A stretch of DNA of 33,617 bases, from the IMG/VR virus record IMGVR_UViG_2061766007_000680. One strand, 5' to 3'. Below the pieces are notes generated by a model. That model was given only the letters and a program-made list of their open reading frames with translations. It did no database searches and was not told the origin of the DNA. Below, piece after piece: positions 17,720 through 26,663 of the stretch. Source of the stretch: an uncultured virus (IMG/VR IMGVR_UViG_2061766007_000680). Taxonomy: Duplodnaviria; Heunggongvirae; Uroviricota; Caudoviricetes. A program made the position numbers and the translations under genes. Each line of letters begins with the position of its first letter. Within the stretch, counting starts at the first letter, position 1.

Positions 17720-17741
17720 TATGTACTCAATCGGGTCTATT
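17720..17741. repeat. 22-bp palindromic motif, copy 5
   Basis: TATGTACTCAATCGGGTCTATT, overlaps the stop of 17740..18072. Confidence 0.7.
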
Positions 17742-18072
17742 ATTCCTCATACTCACCGAGAAGATAGTCGAGAATATCTGCGTAAGGTACATCACACTCA
17801 TTACCCAAATCAATGTTCTCTCGGTCTTTACCGATATAGTATGCGTGCAGATTTACTTTTACTAACGTTCCGTCAAGCCAAATTTTGGAAATGTAAGCGT
17901 CAGTAAGGTCATCATCAAATGCGCTACTGGCGATACTCGGCGCGTTGCCATTATCCCAATCGAACTCAACAGGGTGTCCGATTTTTAACAGGGCTTCTCT
18001 TACCGCGTTTTTCAATTGACTGTCAATGTTGTAAGACAAGTCAATGAGTTTTTTCATTTCTTCTTTTGTCAT
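17740..18072 (-). CDS. hypothetical protein
   Basis: Restarted at MTKEEMKK behind promoter 18099. Confidence 0.85.
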   Translation of the reverse strand: MTKEEMKKLIDLSYNIDSQLKNAVREALLKIGHPVEFDWDNGNAPSIASSAFDDDLTDAYISKIWLDGTLVKVNLHAYYIGKDRENIDLGNECDVPYADILDYLLGEYEE

Positions 18073-18153
18073 AGTTGTATTTGTTTTTGAATTACGTTGC
18101 AAAATTACAACAATTTATTGGTTTATACAAATTTTGGGGAAATAAAATGTAAT

Positions 18154-18175
18154 TATATACTCGTTTGAGTCTATT
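18154..18175. repeat. 22-bp palindromic motif, copy 6
   Basis: TATATACTCGTTTGAGTCTATT, overlaps the stop of 18174..18434. Confidence 0.8.
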
Positions 18176-18434
18176 AACTTACTTTACCCTCGACCTCGTT
18201 TACAAAGTTTCCAAAGTCATCGAGATATGCGCCGTCATCGTCATACACCTCAATGCTGCCAATGCTATCCACACAAAATCCATAGTCATCACTCAATACA
18301 TTTGATATGTCCATGTCGTCAGCAATAATTTTTGCCTGCTGCGGTGTGTCGCATTCTACGATAAACTCTGTTGGTAACTCAGGGACATTATGTCCGTCAG
18401 TATCCCATTTAATGTCTTTGAAAATAACTTGCAT
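18174..18434 (-). CDS. conserved small acidic phage protein (IKWDTD...LSDDYGFC type)
   Basis: 86 aa. Confidence 0.85.
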   Translation of the reverse strand: MQVIFKDIKWDTDGHNVPELPTEFIVECDTPQQAKIIADDMDISNVLSDDYGFCVDSIGSIEVYDDDGAYLDDFGNFVNEVEGKVS

Positions 18435-18437
18435 AGT

Positions 18438-18767
18438 TTACTTATTGATTTCTTTTAAATGTTTATCAAATTCATATACAGCCTTAAAATATGTTTTAGT
18501 GTCAATGTGTTTAATGACCTTAAATTTTGTATTATGATATACTGATTTAATTTCATTAAATAACTCATTATATTCTTTTTTTGTAGCGGGCTTTGTGTTA
18601 CGTATTACGTGTTTATAGTCCGCTCCTGAGTGCTGTCCAATATGCACATACGAAGAACATTCGTAATTATACAAAATTTCGTAAGGAAATAAAGCAATGA
18701 CCTCTCCGTCTTTGAATTTACGGAAGATGACCTTTGTAACGCCAACTTGTTCTTTCTTCTTAGCCAT
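18438..18767 (-). CDS. conserved phage hypothetical protein (VIFRK...IALFP...GQHS type)
   Basis: Restarted at MAKKKEQ behind promoter 18793. Confidence 0.85.
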   Translation of the reverse strand: MAKKKEQVGVTKVIFRKFKDGEVIALFPYEILYNYECSSYVHIGQHSGADYKHVIRNTKPATKKEYNELFNEIKSVYHNTKFKVIKHIDTKTYFKAVYEFDKHLKEINK

Positions 18768-18914
18768 AGTTATACTGATTTTGATTTCTGATACAAAGGT
18801 ACTGCTTTTTTTGCAATTATACAAATTTTGGGGAAATAAAATGTAAAAAAAGTTTAGCGGGTAGTATATGGACAAATAAAAGAAAAAACTTCGGTTATAA
18901 AAATTTTAGAGCAT

Positions 18915-18946
18915 AAAAAATGCTGGCTGCATTTCTGCAACCAGCA
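18915..18946 (-). terminator. intrinsic terminator (GCAGAAATGC family)
   Basis: TGCTGGCTGCATTTCTGCAACCAGCA plus A6. Confidence 0.85.
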
Positions 18947-18967
18947 CCCACTAAACACTATGAAAAC

Positions 18968-19303
18968 TTAACCGCCGTAACTTGCCCTCATCTCTCCACT
19001 CAAAGTCATCTCGTTGATTTTGCATATCATTGCCGTTATACACTCATCAAGAGTTTTGCAATTGCCAATGTGCTCATTTAAGCCGCTTGTTTCGGTTTGC
19101 TCAATGATTTTAGGCAAGTATTTCTCTTTGTCTTTCTCTACTACATAACACAAGATATTTTTCTGCGCACCAGATACATCTTTTTCACCAAGCAAGTCTT
19201 TATAACCCACACACAAGTGTCCCCAAGCGTTCACCCAAACTTGCAGGAAAAAGGTTTTGCCCTTGTACTTAATTGTCTTTGGTAATAATTCTAATGAGTT
19301 CAT
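18968..19303 (-). CDS. hypothetical protein
   Basis: 111 aa behind promoter 19347. Confidence 0.85.
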   Translation of the reverse strand: MNSLELLPKTIKYKGKTFFLQVWVNAWGHLCVGYKDLLGEKDVSGAQKNILCYVVEKDKEKYLPKIIEQTETSGLNEHIGNCKTLDECITAMICKINEMTLSGEMRASYGG

Positions 19304-19426
19304 ATTTCGTTATTTTTATGTTTGTCTTGTTTTTAAGTTTAACGATGCAAAAGTACTATAATTATTTGATATATAAAAATTTTAGGGAAAGAAAAAAATA
19401 GTCTATAACTTTAATTATACATTAAC

Positions 19427-19684
19427 TTATCTCTTTGAAAAATACCGCTTCCCATTAGGTTTATAATACGCAACGGCTCTCGCCCAGCCTTTTATTCCGT
19501 CACTATAAAAATACTCAACCATAATCTGCCCAAGTTCGATATTCATAAGTTTCGATAAACAATTTGCAAACGAAACAACGTCAGACTTTTTAGCAAATTT
19601 ACCTTTTTTAGTCCGTATGCACCGCAAAGACTTATCCTTAATCGTTACTGATAACTCCTTACCACTATTATAATGTATTCTCAT
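19427..19684 (-). CDS. basic hypothetical protein
   Basis: 85 aa behind promoter 19717. Confidence 0.8.
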   Translation of the reverse strand: MRIHYNSGKELSVTIKDKSLRCIRTKKGKFAKKSDVVSFANCLSKLMNIELGQIMVEYFYSDGIKGWARAVAYYKPNGKRYFSKR

Positions 19685-19826
19685 AATCTTAATTTTTATG
19701 CTTAATGTTTCACATTACAAAAGTACTGCTTTTATTTGACTTATAAAAATTTTGGGGAGAAAAAAATAATCCCCTATCTATATGCCCTAAAATAAAAAAC
19801 TCCTTGAATTAAAAGAATTTTGCAGC

Positions 19827-19872
19827 AAAAAAAATAACACCAACCTACATTTTTTTTGTAAGTCGGTGTTAC
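19827..19872 (-). terminator. intrinsic terminator
   Basis: TAACACCAACCTACA...TGTAAGTCGGTGTTA plus A8. Confidence 0.75.
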
Positions 19873-19892
19873 CCAAATCAAATATACTATGA

Positions 19893-20279
19893 CTATGCTT
19901 CGTTCAGTCGCTCTATTTCAGTCCGCAGTTCATTTGCCTCTTGTTCGTTTAAGTCTTCCCAATAACGCATACCTAACTCTCTTGCACAACACTCGAAATG
20001 CTCAAACTCTCGCTCACTAATTCGGTCTGCTCGATTTATTTCTTCTTGTGTCATTTGTGCTCGACCTCTGCGGTACTTGTCAAGCAGTTTTAAGTCTTCC
20101 TTATCATACTCGCTACGCATTGAAAGGTTGATATTGTCAACCAATTTTTGCATTTGCTCATCGGACAACTCCTCCGAAATCATCGGTATCATTAAGTCCT
20201 CATACTCTCCACGTGTGATTGTAGAGTTACCATACTGCGACACAAATACTTGGTCGCCTACGTATAATTGCTTTGCCAT
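19893..20279 (-). CDS. hypothetical protein
   Basis: 128 aa, ends in TAG. Confidence 0.85.
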   Translation of the reverse strand: MAKQLYVGDQVFVSQYGNSTITRGEYEDLMIPMISEELSDEQMQKLVDNINLSMRSEYDKEDLKLLDKYRRGRAQMTQEEINRADRISEREFEHFECCARELGMRYWEDLNEQEANELRTEIERLNEA

Positions 20280-20291
20280 AATTAAAAATCT

Positions 20292-20432
20292 TTATCTTCG
20301 GTGATATACTATATACTCTCCGTTTTTTAACTTTGCAAGGGCTTCCTAATAAGTCGGTGCGTATACAATCATATAACCTTGCTCTGCTTCCGAATAGCCC
20401 ATTACATAACGATAGTCTTTTACTATTGCCAT
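20292..20432 (-). pseudogene. 46-codon gene interrupted by one in-frame TAG (nonsense mutant or recoded)
   Basis: MAIVKDYRYVMGYSEAEQGYMIVYAPTY*EALAKLKNGEYIVYHRR*; TAG at 20346-20348. Confidence 0.6.
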
Positions 20433-20436
20433 AATT

Positions 20437-20553
20437 TTATGCGTTTTTAGTGAAACCTAATTTATGCTTGCCTTTCGACTTGAACCATTTATCTATTGGT
20501 TCATTACCGCTTGTTTCCCAAACAACAATAGTTTTTTTTACTTTATCTGCCAT
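20437..20553 (-). CDS. small hypothetical protein (38 aa)
   Basis: MADKVKKTIVVWETSGNEPIDKWFKSKGKHKLGFTKNA*; ACTATG context, fills the gap. Confidence 0.55.
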   Translation of the reverse strand: MADKVKKTIVVWETSGNEPIDKWFKSKGKHKLGFTKNA

Positions 20554-20951
20554 AGTGTTTTATATGTTTTTTGTGATTTTTTGTATCGTGTGAAAATAAC
20601 ATTGTCCGTGCCATAGATTGCATCAGTACCAAATATATCTTGGTAGTTATCCAAAAAGCCGCAATGCTCTATATCGTACAAATCACTTTGTGCGTATCTC
20701 TCATAGTCCTCGCCATAAATCTCTTTGGGGTCATATACCAATTCGGTCAGTATGCCATAAGTGCCAACTACGCCAAATTGCACATATTGTTTAATGTAGG
20801 CGCGTTCGGTAGTCTTATTAGTGAAGAATACTACGTTCTCATCATAGTACGCGTGCTGCTTATCATAAGCAACTGCATAGTCTTTATAGTCTGGGTGGTC
20901 TTTGGAAAGTAAGACACCAACCTCTGCTTTGTAAAGTTTAATCGATTTCAT
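20538..20951 (-). CDS. hypothetical protein
   Basis: 137 aa, ATGA overlap. Confidence 0.85.
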   Translation of the reverse strand: MKSIKLYKAEVGVLLSKDHPDYKDYAVAYDKQHAYYDENVVFFTNKTTERAYIKQYVQFGVVGTYGILTELVYDPKEIYGEDYERYAQSDLYDIEHCGFLDNYQDIFGTDAIYGTDNVIFTRYKKSQKTYKTLWQIK

Positions 20952-21109
20952 AGATTAGTTAATTCATCTTTAATTATGTCATAAGCATCACTTAAAGAAC
21001 AATGATTTTCGAGCATTACATTTTGTAAAGCATCACATAATGCATATACATCACTATATTTATCTAAATGGCTTAATAGTGTAGCATAATAAACTATGTC
21101 TTGTTTCAT
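20948..21109 (-). CDS. small hypothetical protein (53 aa)
   Basis: MKQDIVYYATLLSHLDKYSDVYALCDAL...ELTNL*, first gene behind promoter 21138. Confidence 0.75.
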   Translation of the reverse strand: MKQDIVYYATLLSHLDKYSDVYALCDALQNVMLENHCSLSDAYDIIKDELTNL

Positions 21110-21275
21110 AATACTTTTTGTTTTATTGATTTCTACCGCAAAAGTACTACTTTTTCTTGGTATATAAAATTTTTGAAGAAAAAAAATCTATTACTCTCTA
21201 AAATTTTTTTAATTACTAAAAAATGTTTTATTTGTCTATAAGATCCCAGAAAGGCAAAAAAAGATCCACATAAAT

Positions 21276-21312
21276 AAAAAAAATACAACCTCGTTTCACA
21301 ACGAAGTTGTAC
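21276..21312 (-). terminator. intrinsic terminator
   Basis: TACAACCTCGTT-TCAC-AACGAAGTTGTA plus A8. Confidence 0.8.
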
Positions 21313-21342
21313 CAATAAAACCAAACCTAAACTATGAACCAA

Positions 21343-21534
21343 TCAAACTCCAACGCGCTCAACGTAACCCTCTGCTTTCAGTTCGGAGATACGCGCTTGC
21401 AGTTTTTTCTTATTCTTAAATATCTCACACCCATAGAACGGACTGCCGTCTTTATGTGTATCTACACCATTGTGGGTGTTCAGTAAGTACTTTGCCTTAC
21501 CTACATTGTGCATAACATAATAGTTCTTGCTCAT
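21343..21534 (-). CDS. conserved small phage protein (NVGKAKY...HKDGSPFY type)
   Basis: 63 aa. Confidence 0.85.
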   Translation of the reverse strand: MSKNYYVMHNVGKAKYLLNTHNGVDTHKDGSPFYGCEIFKNKKKLQARISELKAEGYVERVGV

Positions 21535-21536
21535 AC

Positions 21537-21800
21537 TTACTTATATATTTTGTGTGTGAAAATCACGTTCTTTTTATCTTTGCGTGCTTTTTCGTCACAA
21601 TCACCAACTCTTGCATAAATCTTTGTACAACCCCAAGGGTTATCTGCACTTTCTAAATCTTTTCGGTGAAAAAAACAGCCATCACATTTCGGTTCTGCTA
21701 CCTCCGTAACAACCAAATCAAAATGGTGTGGTAAATCTGCGTTTCCGCCCTCATAGCGAAACTCCTCGCCAACTTTTCTTGAAAAATATTTTCCTGCCAT
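21537..21800 (-). CDS. hypothetical protein with Cys motifs (CDGCFF...C...C..RKD)
   Basis: Restarted at MAGKYF behind promoter 21831. Confidence 0.85.
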   Translation of the reverse strand: MAGKYFSRKVGEEFRYEGGNADLPHHFDLVVTEVAEPKCDGCFFHRKDLESADNPWGCTKIYARVGDCDEKARKDKKNVIFTHKIYK

Positions 21801-21884
21801 AGTTGTATTTGTTTTTAGTTGATTTCTGTTGCAAAGGTACAATAATTATTTGAAATATACAAATTTTGGGGAGAAAAATGTAAT

Positions 21885-21906
21885 TATATACTCATTTGTG
21901 TCTATT
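21885..21906. repeat. 22-bp palindromic motif, copy 7
   Basis: TATATACTCATTTGTGTCTATT, overlaps the stop of 21905..22657. Confidence 0.75.
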
Positions 21907-22657
21907 ATTTTAAACACGCAGTAATATATTGCTTAAACTCTTCCATATCAAAATCCCCACTCCACTCTCCACGCAAAGGTTCGCGATATGATATTTGATT
22001 TATTCCAAATCTATTTTTACCGAACGTAATACTTTTCTCACAATGCCAATCTACTACACCAAATACATTTGCATAGTATTCAATACAAAGTGCGGTATAA
22101 GGTTTGCTTAAATTATCACAAGTACGTTTGCCTACTGCTAATCTTGCACGCATTTTGTGTCCATACTTATCTCTTTTGCCTTCAAGTATTTCATTTGCAA
22201 TCTTCTCGCATTGTTGCTGCAATTCTTCTACTGATATTTCTTGCTTACCCCTTTCGTATTTTGCACCAACCTCTTTCAGTTTCTTTGCGTGCCACTCTTT
22301 AACATATTCTACAACCGCAGCGCGTTGCTTGTCAGTCAAATCGTGTTGCTCATCTGCGTGAAACGTTTTGTTGCCACTACACCAATCGTGTCCGTCTTTT
22401 TCGTATAATTTTTTATCTTTATAATCACGTGTGCAGATTGTAAGAAAAAAATTAAATTGTCCTTTACTCCACTCGTTACCACTTACATACCAATATATGC
22501 TATGTACACCACAATACTCACCTACACTATAACCAAATGCAGGGTTGAGTTTCTTTAAGCCGTTCTCTTTATCTAAATAGGAAATATAACCGCAAGAAAC
22601 TAACTCTCTTGTAAGTTCAATTTGAGATAAATCTTTTTTTAATTGTTCGTAGTTCAT
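21905..22657 (-). CDS. hypothetical protein
   Basis: Restarted at MNYEQLKK (250 aa) behind promoter 22683. Confidence 0.85.
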   Translation of the reverse strand: MNYEQLKKDLSQIELTRELVSCGYISYLDKENGLKKLNPAFGYSVGEYCGVHSIYWYVSGNEWSKGQFNFFLTICTRDYKDKKLYEKDGHDWCSGNKTFHADEQHDLTDKQRAAVVEYVKEWHAKKLKEVGAKYERGKQEISVEELQQQCEKIANEILEGKRDKYGHKMRARLAVGKRTCDNLSKPYTALCIEYYANVFGVVDWHCEKSITFGKNRFGINQISYREPLRGEWSGDFDMEEFKQYITACLK

Positions 22658-22802
22658 AGTAGTTTTTGTTTTAATTTCTACTGCAAAGATACAATAAATT
22701 ATCTGCATATAAAAATTTTAGAGAAAAAAATGCAATCACTCTCCAAAATTTGTATATATGGGGAAAATTATTTTATTTGTTCATATAGGTAGAGAAAGGC
22801 AG

Positions 22803-22831
22803 AAAAAAATGACCGAACTTAATCGGTCACT
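22803..22831 (-). terminator. intrinsic terminator
   Basis: TGACCGA-ACTTAA-TCGGTCA plus A7. Confidence 0.8.
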
Positions 22832-22841
22832 TTCTCAAAAC

Positions 22842-23048
22842 TCAGTCAATGTAACTTGGTTCTTCAATGTCGCCATCGTAGATAGTTACAATAGTGTAAT
22901 CTCTCGGCATTTCGTTTTCGTGTGTCTTCGCATATTCGTGTGCTTTTTGCCACTCACGGAAAATCTGCCAACTAAATAAATTGGTAGGTATTTCGTTATC
23001 ACCACCTATAATTTGATAACCAATTATTTTCTTTGCTTTATTTGCCAT
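22842..23048 (-). CDS. small hypothetical protein
   Basis: 68 aa. Confidence 0.8.
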   Translation of the reverse strand: MANKAKKIIGYQIIGGDNEIPTNLFSWQIFREWQKAHEYAKTHENEMPRDYTIVTIYDGDIEEPSYID

Positions 23049-23051
23049 AGT

Positions 23052-23378
23052 TTATTTACATTGAGGTTCAACCCTAATTAAAATTTTTGGAACACCTGTT
23101 CGGTCGTCTTCTATCCATTTATACTCGTTAATGTTCCACCCAGAATCACAAATTCTTTTTTTAAATTCTTCTTCTGCACTTTGAGTAGTAAGGCATGGGT
23201 CAACATTAAGCCATATTGAAATTTGCCCATTAACCATGTTAATGTGTTCTCCGCTTTGAATAACTAATTTCTTTATTTCAACAAAACGGTTAAGACATTC
23301 TTGTAATTTGATATTGAACAATTTAACAAGTTCATCTGCCGTAAATAAAAATTCATTCGGCGTTATTACTTTTTCCAT
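23052..23378 (-). CDS. hypothetical protein
   Basis: 108 aa. Confidence 0.8.
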   Translation of the reverse strand: MEKVITPNEFLFTADELVKLFNIKLQECLNRFVEIKKLVIQSGEHINMVNGQISIWLNVDPCLTTQSAEEEFKKRICDSGWNINEYKWIEDDRTGVPKILIRVEPQCK

Positions 23379-23389
23379 ATAGTAATTTT

Positions 23390-23719
23390 TTAATAGTCCA
23401 TTTCTTGTTGGATTTCTAAAATTTTCTCAACCCATACACCATATTCTTCTGCATAGTTTTTTACTTGCTCAAAACCCCAACTATGACCACGTTCCCACGC
23501 TTTATCAACAATAATCTTTGCCTGCTCAATGCTCATATTGTAATCTTGTGCAATGTTTTTTGTAAGGTCTTCAAGAAAGTTTTCAGTTTTTGTTTGAGCA
23601 TTACGGCGTTCTTCTTCGCGAATTTTGCGACGCTCATCTTCAAACATTGCCTTTCGCTTGTTAACATAGTCATTAAACCGCTTTTCACGCGTTTCTAAAT
23701 TTTTCATTTTTTCGTTCAT
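23390..23719 (-). CDS. hypothetical protein (coiled coil plus AWERGHS motif)
   Basis: Restarted at MNEKMKN behind promoter 23745. Confidence 0.85.
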   Translation of the reverse strand: MNEKMKNLETREKRFNDYVNKRKAMFEDERRKIREEERRNAQTKTENFLEDLTKNIAQDYNMSIEQAKIIVDKAWERGHSWGFEQVKNYAEEYGVWVEKILEIQQEMDY

Positions 23720-23790
23720 AATTGTATCAGTTTTAATTTCTACTGCAAAAGTACCACATTTATTTGAATTATACAAATTTTGGAGAAATT

Positions 23791-24072
23791 TTATTCAATA
23801 AATAACCATTTATTTGCTAACTCATCTATTTTGTCAATAGAAAGCAAAGCATAGTCCTCATCGAATAATGTATGCACTACTACGTCCTCGCCAAATTTGA
23901 ACTTTCCGTCATTCATATTGCGAACGTCAATGCTGATACCTTGCTCGGCGTTTTTATCGTGTTCTAAATGAACATAAAAACCATACGATTGTGTTTCATC
24001 TACTTGCTCAAAATCACATATCTCATCATATATGCGCTCTTTTAACCGATTTATGTCTTGTATTGTTGCCAT
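23791..24072 (-). CDS. hypothetical protein, paralog of 29243..29527
   Basis: 93 aa; IYDEI...IDELANKWLFIE. Confidence 0.85.
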   Translation of the reverse strand: MATIQDINRLKERIYDEICDFEQVDETQSYGFYVHLEHDKNAEQGISIDVRNMNDGKFKFGEDVVVHTLFDEDYALLSIDKIDELANKWLFIE

Positions 24073-24125
24073 AGTTTTATTGTTTTTGAATTACACTGAT
24101 TTGCGCAATACCTTGAGCAACTTTT

Positions 24126-24428
24126 TCATTCTTGCCCTAATGCGTAGGGGTCTTGCGGATGGAACATATCTTCGATATTACCCATTCCTATGCCGAAGTG
24201 TTCCAGCCTTTCGGGATGTCGTTCGTTGTATTCACGATGATACCCACTGCGGTGGCGGTCTCCCTTGTCGTTCCAATACTTCTCCTTGCAGTAGATGCTA
24301 TCGAACGCTTGTTGCCATTGCCGCTTGACAAAGGTCTCACCACATATAGGGCAAACACATGTGTCACCCACTTTTAGTAGTTTGTTGCGCTGATATGTCT
24401 CCTGCCGTTTGGTTGGTTTTCTTGCCAT
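24126..24428 (-). CDS. zinc-finger-like hypothetical protein
   Basis: CPICGETFVK...QAFDSIYCK. Confidence 0.85.
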   Translation of the reverse strand: MARKPTKRQETYQRNKLLKVGDTCVCPICGETFVKRQWQQAFDSIYCKEKYWNDKGDRHRSGYHREYNERHPERLEHFGIGMGNIEDMFHPQDPYALGQE

Positions 24429-24430
24429 AA

Positions 24431-24685
24431 TTACTCAATAAATAATGAATTGTTACTATCTATTTCAGTTGTTTGAATTGAAAGCATTTCACCATAATCA
24501 CGCAAAACTTTTGGTTTCCCTTTTAGAGTAAGCAGTTCATTAATAAATGGCTTTACTTTTTCTTTCTCAACTTTTGGGTAAAGTTCAAAAATACGTTTTT
24601 CAAGTTTTGATTGACTACTATACACACCAAGTATATTTTTTGTGTGTAAGTGGTGTTGTACCAAAATAAAGATTTTTTTGCTCAT
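24431..24685 (-). CDS. hypothetical protein
   Basis: Restarted at MSKKIFIL behind promoter 24704. Confidence 0.8.
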   Translation of the reverse strand: MSKKIFILVQHHLHTKNILGVYSSQSKLEKRIFELYPKVEKEKVKPFINELLTLKGKPKVLRDYGEMLSIQTTEIDSNNSLFIE

Positions 24686-24856
24686 AGTTTTTTTAATTCT
24701 ACCGCAAAGATACAATAAATTATTTAGATATATAAATTTTGGGGAATAATTCATTTAAAAAAAAGTAATCAACATACCATTATTCATTTGAAAAAGTGTA
24801 GGTGCATATATATAGACAAATAAAAGAAAAAAAATGAATTATACAAATTTTAAAGC

Positions 24857-24890
24857 AAAAAAAATGCAGATAGCATTTCTGCTACCTGCA
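24857..24890 (-). terminator. intrinsic terminator (GCAGAAATGC family)
   Basis: TGCAGATAGCATTTCTGCTACCTGCA plus A8. Confidence 0.85.
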
Positions 24891-24917
24891 CCCACTAAAC
24901 ACTATACACTATGAACA

Positions 24918-25496
24918 CTATACGCTCTGCGACCCTTGCAGTCTTTCGGTTGCGATAATATCTTCCTCTCTACCCTCTTTGAAATTGGGGATTAGTTCGG
25001 CATAACCGATTGGTATTTCACTCTCAACGGAAATCATATCTCTTGCCCAAGAGCCGATAAGTCGCATATTGCTACCCTCATAATCTCCGCCACCTCTGCC
25101 GTTACCCTCTGCGGTCAAAAGCGGTAGCGGGTCTATGCGAAGACCAAAAGTATCTTTTTCAATTTTGGAATAGTCCACATACAATTTTTTGCTGTGGTTT
25201 GCCAAATAGCGCATTTTGGTTAATGTCGGCTTGCCTACTTTTTTGCTTTTCGGGTTTACCTCGTCCGTCAAATCGTATAGGTTTCCGTCTTTACCTTTCT
25301 CATTGTCGGCATAATCACCAGCCCACACTATCTGCGTAGGGGTTGAGAGGATAAGTTTTTTAATGTAACTTACAAAGGGATTTCCAATATAGGAATGTTC
25401 CATAAGTTTCGCTCCATTGTCAAAGTCCCAAGAGCGATAAGACTGCCAATTTTTGGTGCCTTTTTGTCTTAATGTTGGTTTGTAATACTGACCCAT
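24918..25496 (-). CDS. conserved phage hypothetical protein (MGQYY...WAGDY...GRGGGDY family)
   Basis: MGQYY, KLMEHSY, WAGDY, PLPLLT, GNGRGGGDY, GSWARD motifs. Confidence 0.9.
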   Translation of the reverse strand: MGQYYKPTLRQKGTKNWQSYRSWDFDNGAKLMEHSYIGNPFVSYIKKLILSTPTQIVWAGDYADNEKGKDGNLYDLTDEVNPKSKKVGKPTLTKMRYLANHSKKLYVDYSKIEKDTFGLRIDPLPLLTAEGNGRGGGDYEGSNMRLIGSWARDMISVESEIPIGYAELIPNFKEGREEDIIATERLQGSQSV

Positions 25497-25581
25497 AATT
25501 TTATTTGCTTTTAGTTGTTAGTAATCTACTGCAAAGGTACAACAAAAAATTGATTTATACAAATTTTAAGGAATAAAAATG

Positions 25582-25797
25582 TTATTTATCCTTATTTTTT
25601 ATATCTTCTACCAGTTTTTTTATGTCATCCAGTTTATCATTTCTTTCATCATTTTGAAGAATAATAACAAGAGAAATACTCCAAGCGGCATTAAAAAACC
25701 ACATTAATGATTCCCAACTTCTGCCATTTGAAATGTCAATTACAGCAACCAGTGCAAAAACAAATGACAACGCAATGTTAATCCAATAATACTTCAT
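25582..25797 (-). CDS. small two-helix membrane protein
   Basis: 71 aa, two hydrophobic segments and a charged tail. Confidence 0.8.
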   Translation of the reverse strand: MKYYWINIALSFVFALVAVIDISNGRSWESLMWFFNAAWSISLVIILQNDERNDKLDDIKKLVEDIKNKDK

Positions 25798-25813
25798 ATA
25801 TTTTATATTAACT

Positions 25814-26218
25814 TTAATAATCGTTCATAATATGCATATAAGATGCAATGTTATTAACTGCCATATCCTTCACTTCAATAAAATGAATATGGTAATCGGC
25901 AATCTTCTTGTCCCTTATATTATAGTTGAACGTGTGTTCAATAGCCTCAACAGTACTTCCTGCTTTTCCAATCCAATATCCTGGTCGCATCGTGCAAACA
26001 TATACAATGTTGCCAACTACAAATATATCCGTAAAAGGTAATGCTGCAAGCCCCTCATTGTTCTTTACAAGGTAAGAAGCAATATCAGTCATGATATTTG
26101 TTGTGCTATACTCATTGCGTACAAATTCAGCAAGCCATCTTGCAAACAAAACACATTTTCTATTTTTACGAGGATTATTTAATAGTTTGTGTACGAATTT
26201 TTCGATAAGTCTTTTCAT
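25814..26218 (-). CDS. protein with an S3-like type-II KH RNA-binding motif
   Basis: VCTMRPGYWIGKAGSTVEAI matches the RPGxxIGKxG signature of ribosomal protein S3 KH domains. Confidence 0.7.
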   Translation of the reverse strand: MKRLIEKFVHKLLNNPRKNRKCVLFARWLAEFVRNEYSTTNIMTDIASYLVKNNEGLAALPFTDIFVVGNIVYVCTMRPGYWIGKAGSTVEAIEHTFNYNIRDKKIADYHIHFIEVKDMAVNNIASYMHIMNDY

Positions 26219-26305
26219 TGTTTTTAAATTTTAATTCTGGCACAAAGGTAATACAATTTTCTCACATATACAAATTTTAGAGAAAAAAAACACAATAATT
26301 TTAAC

Positions 26306-26476
26306 TTATATACCCATTTGAGTATATTTATGTTTTTTCTTTCTTGTATATTTCTTTTTATTGCGATAAACATTGCTATGGCATATCGGCTTACCAAATA
26401 AGGCAATCTCTATCTCCCTACTTTGTTTCCTTGCCGCTTTCAGTACTGCCAATATGTCATTTGCTTTACTACTCAT
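26306..26476 (-). CDS. small basic protein (56 aa) with an ArfA-like C-terminus
   Basis: MSNKANDILAVLKAARKQSREIEIALFGKPICHSNVYRNKKKYTRKKKHKYTQMGI*; start overlaps the upstream stop. Confidence 0.7.
   Translation of the reverse strand: MSSKANDILAVLKAARKQSREIEIALFGKPICHSNVYRNKKKYTRKKKHKYTQMGI
26307..26328. repeat. 22-bp palindromic motif, copy 8
   Basis: TATATACCCATTTGAGTATATT, forms the last codons and stop of 26306..26476. Confidence 0.8.
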
Positions 26477-26663
26477 CTTCGTATTCTATAATCTCGTATT
26501 TTCCCCACCTCAACTTTTTGCTTTGTGGCGTGTATTCTTTTTCGAGATTTAGTTGATGATTAAGTGATTTTAACCTTTCCTCAGCCTCTTTTTTATCGCG
26601 GTAAATCTCGCAGTAATTACAAACAAGAGGTGGGTTGCTATATACTATTTTATACTTTTTCAT
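26469..26663 (-). CDS. small hypothetical protein
   Basis: 64 aa, TAATG coupling to the upstream gene. Confidence 0.8.
   Translation of the reverse strand: MKKYKIVYSNPPLVCNYCEIYRDKKEAEERLKSLNHQLNLEKEYTPQSKKLRWGKYEIIEYEDE

Noticed and set aside
21133..21342. 69-aa - strand ORF, and similarly 26224..26406, 26898..27125, 16353..16559, 28909..29157 and 11120..11305
   Set aside because: They run across terminators/promoters or overlap better genes in another frame
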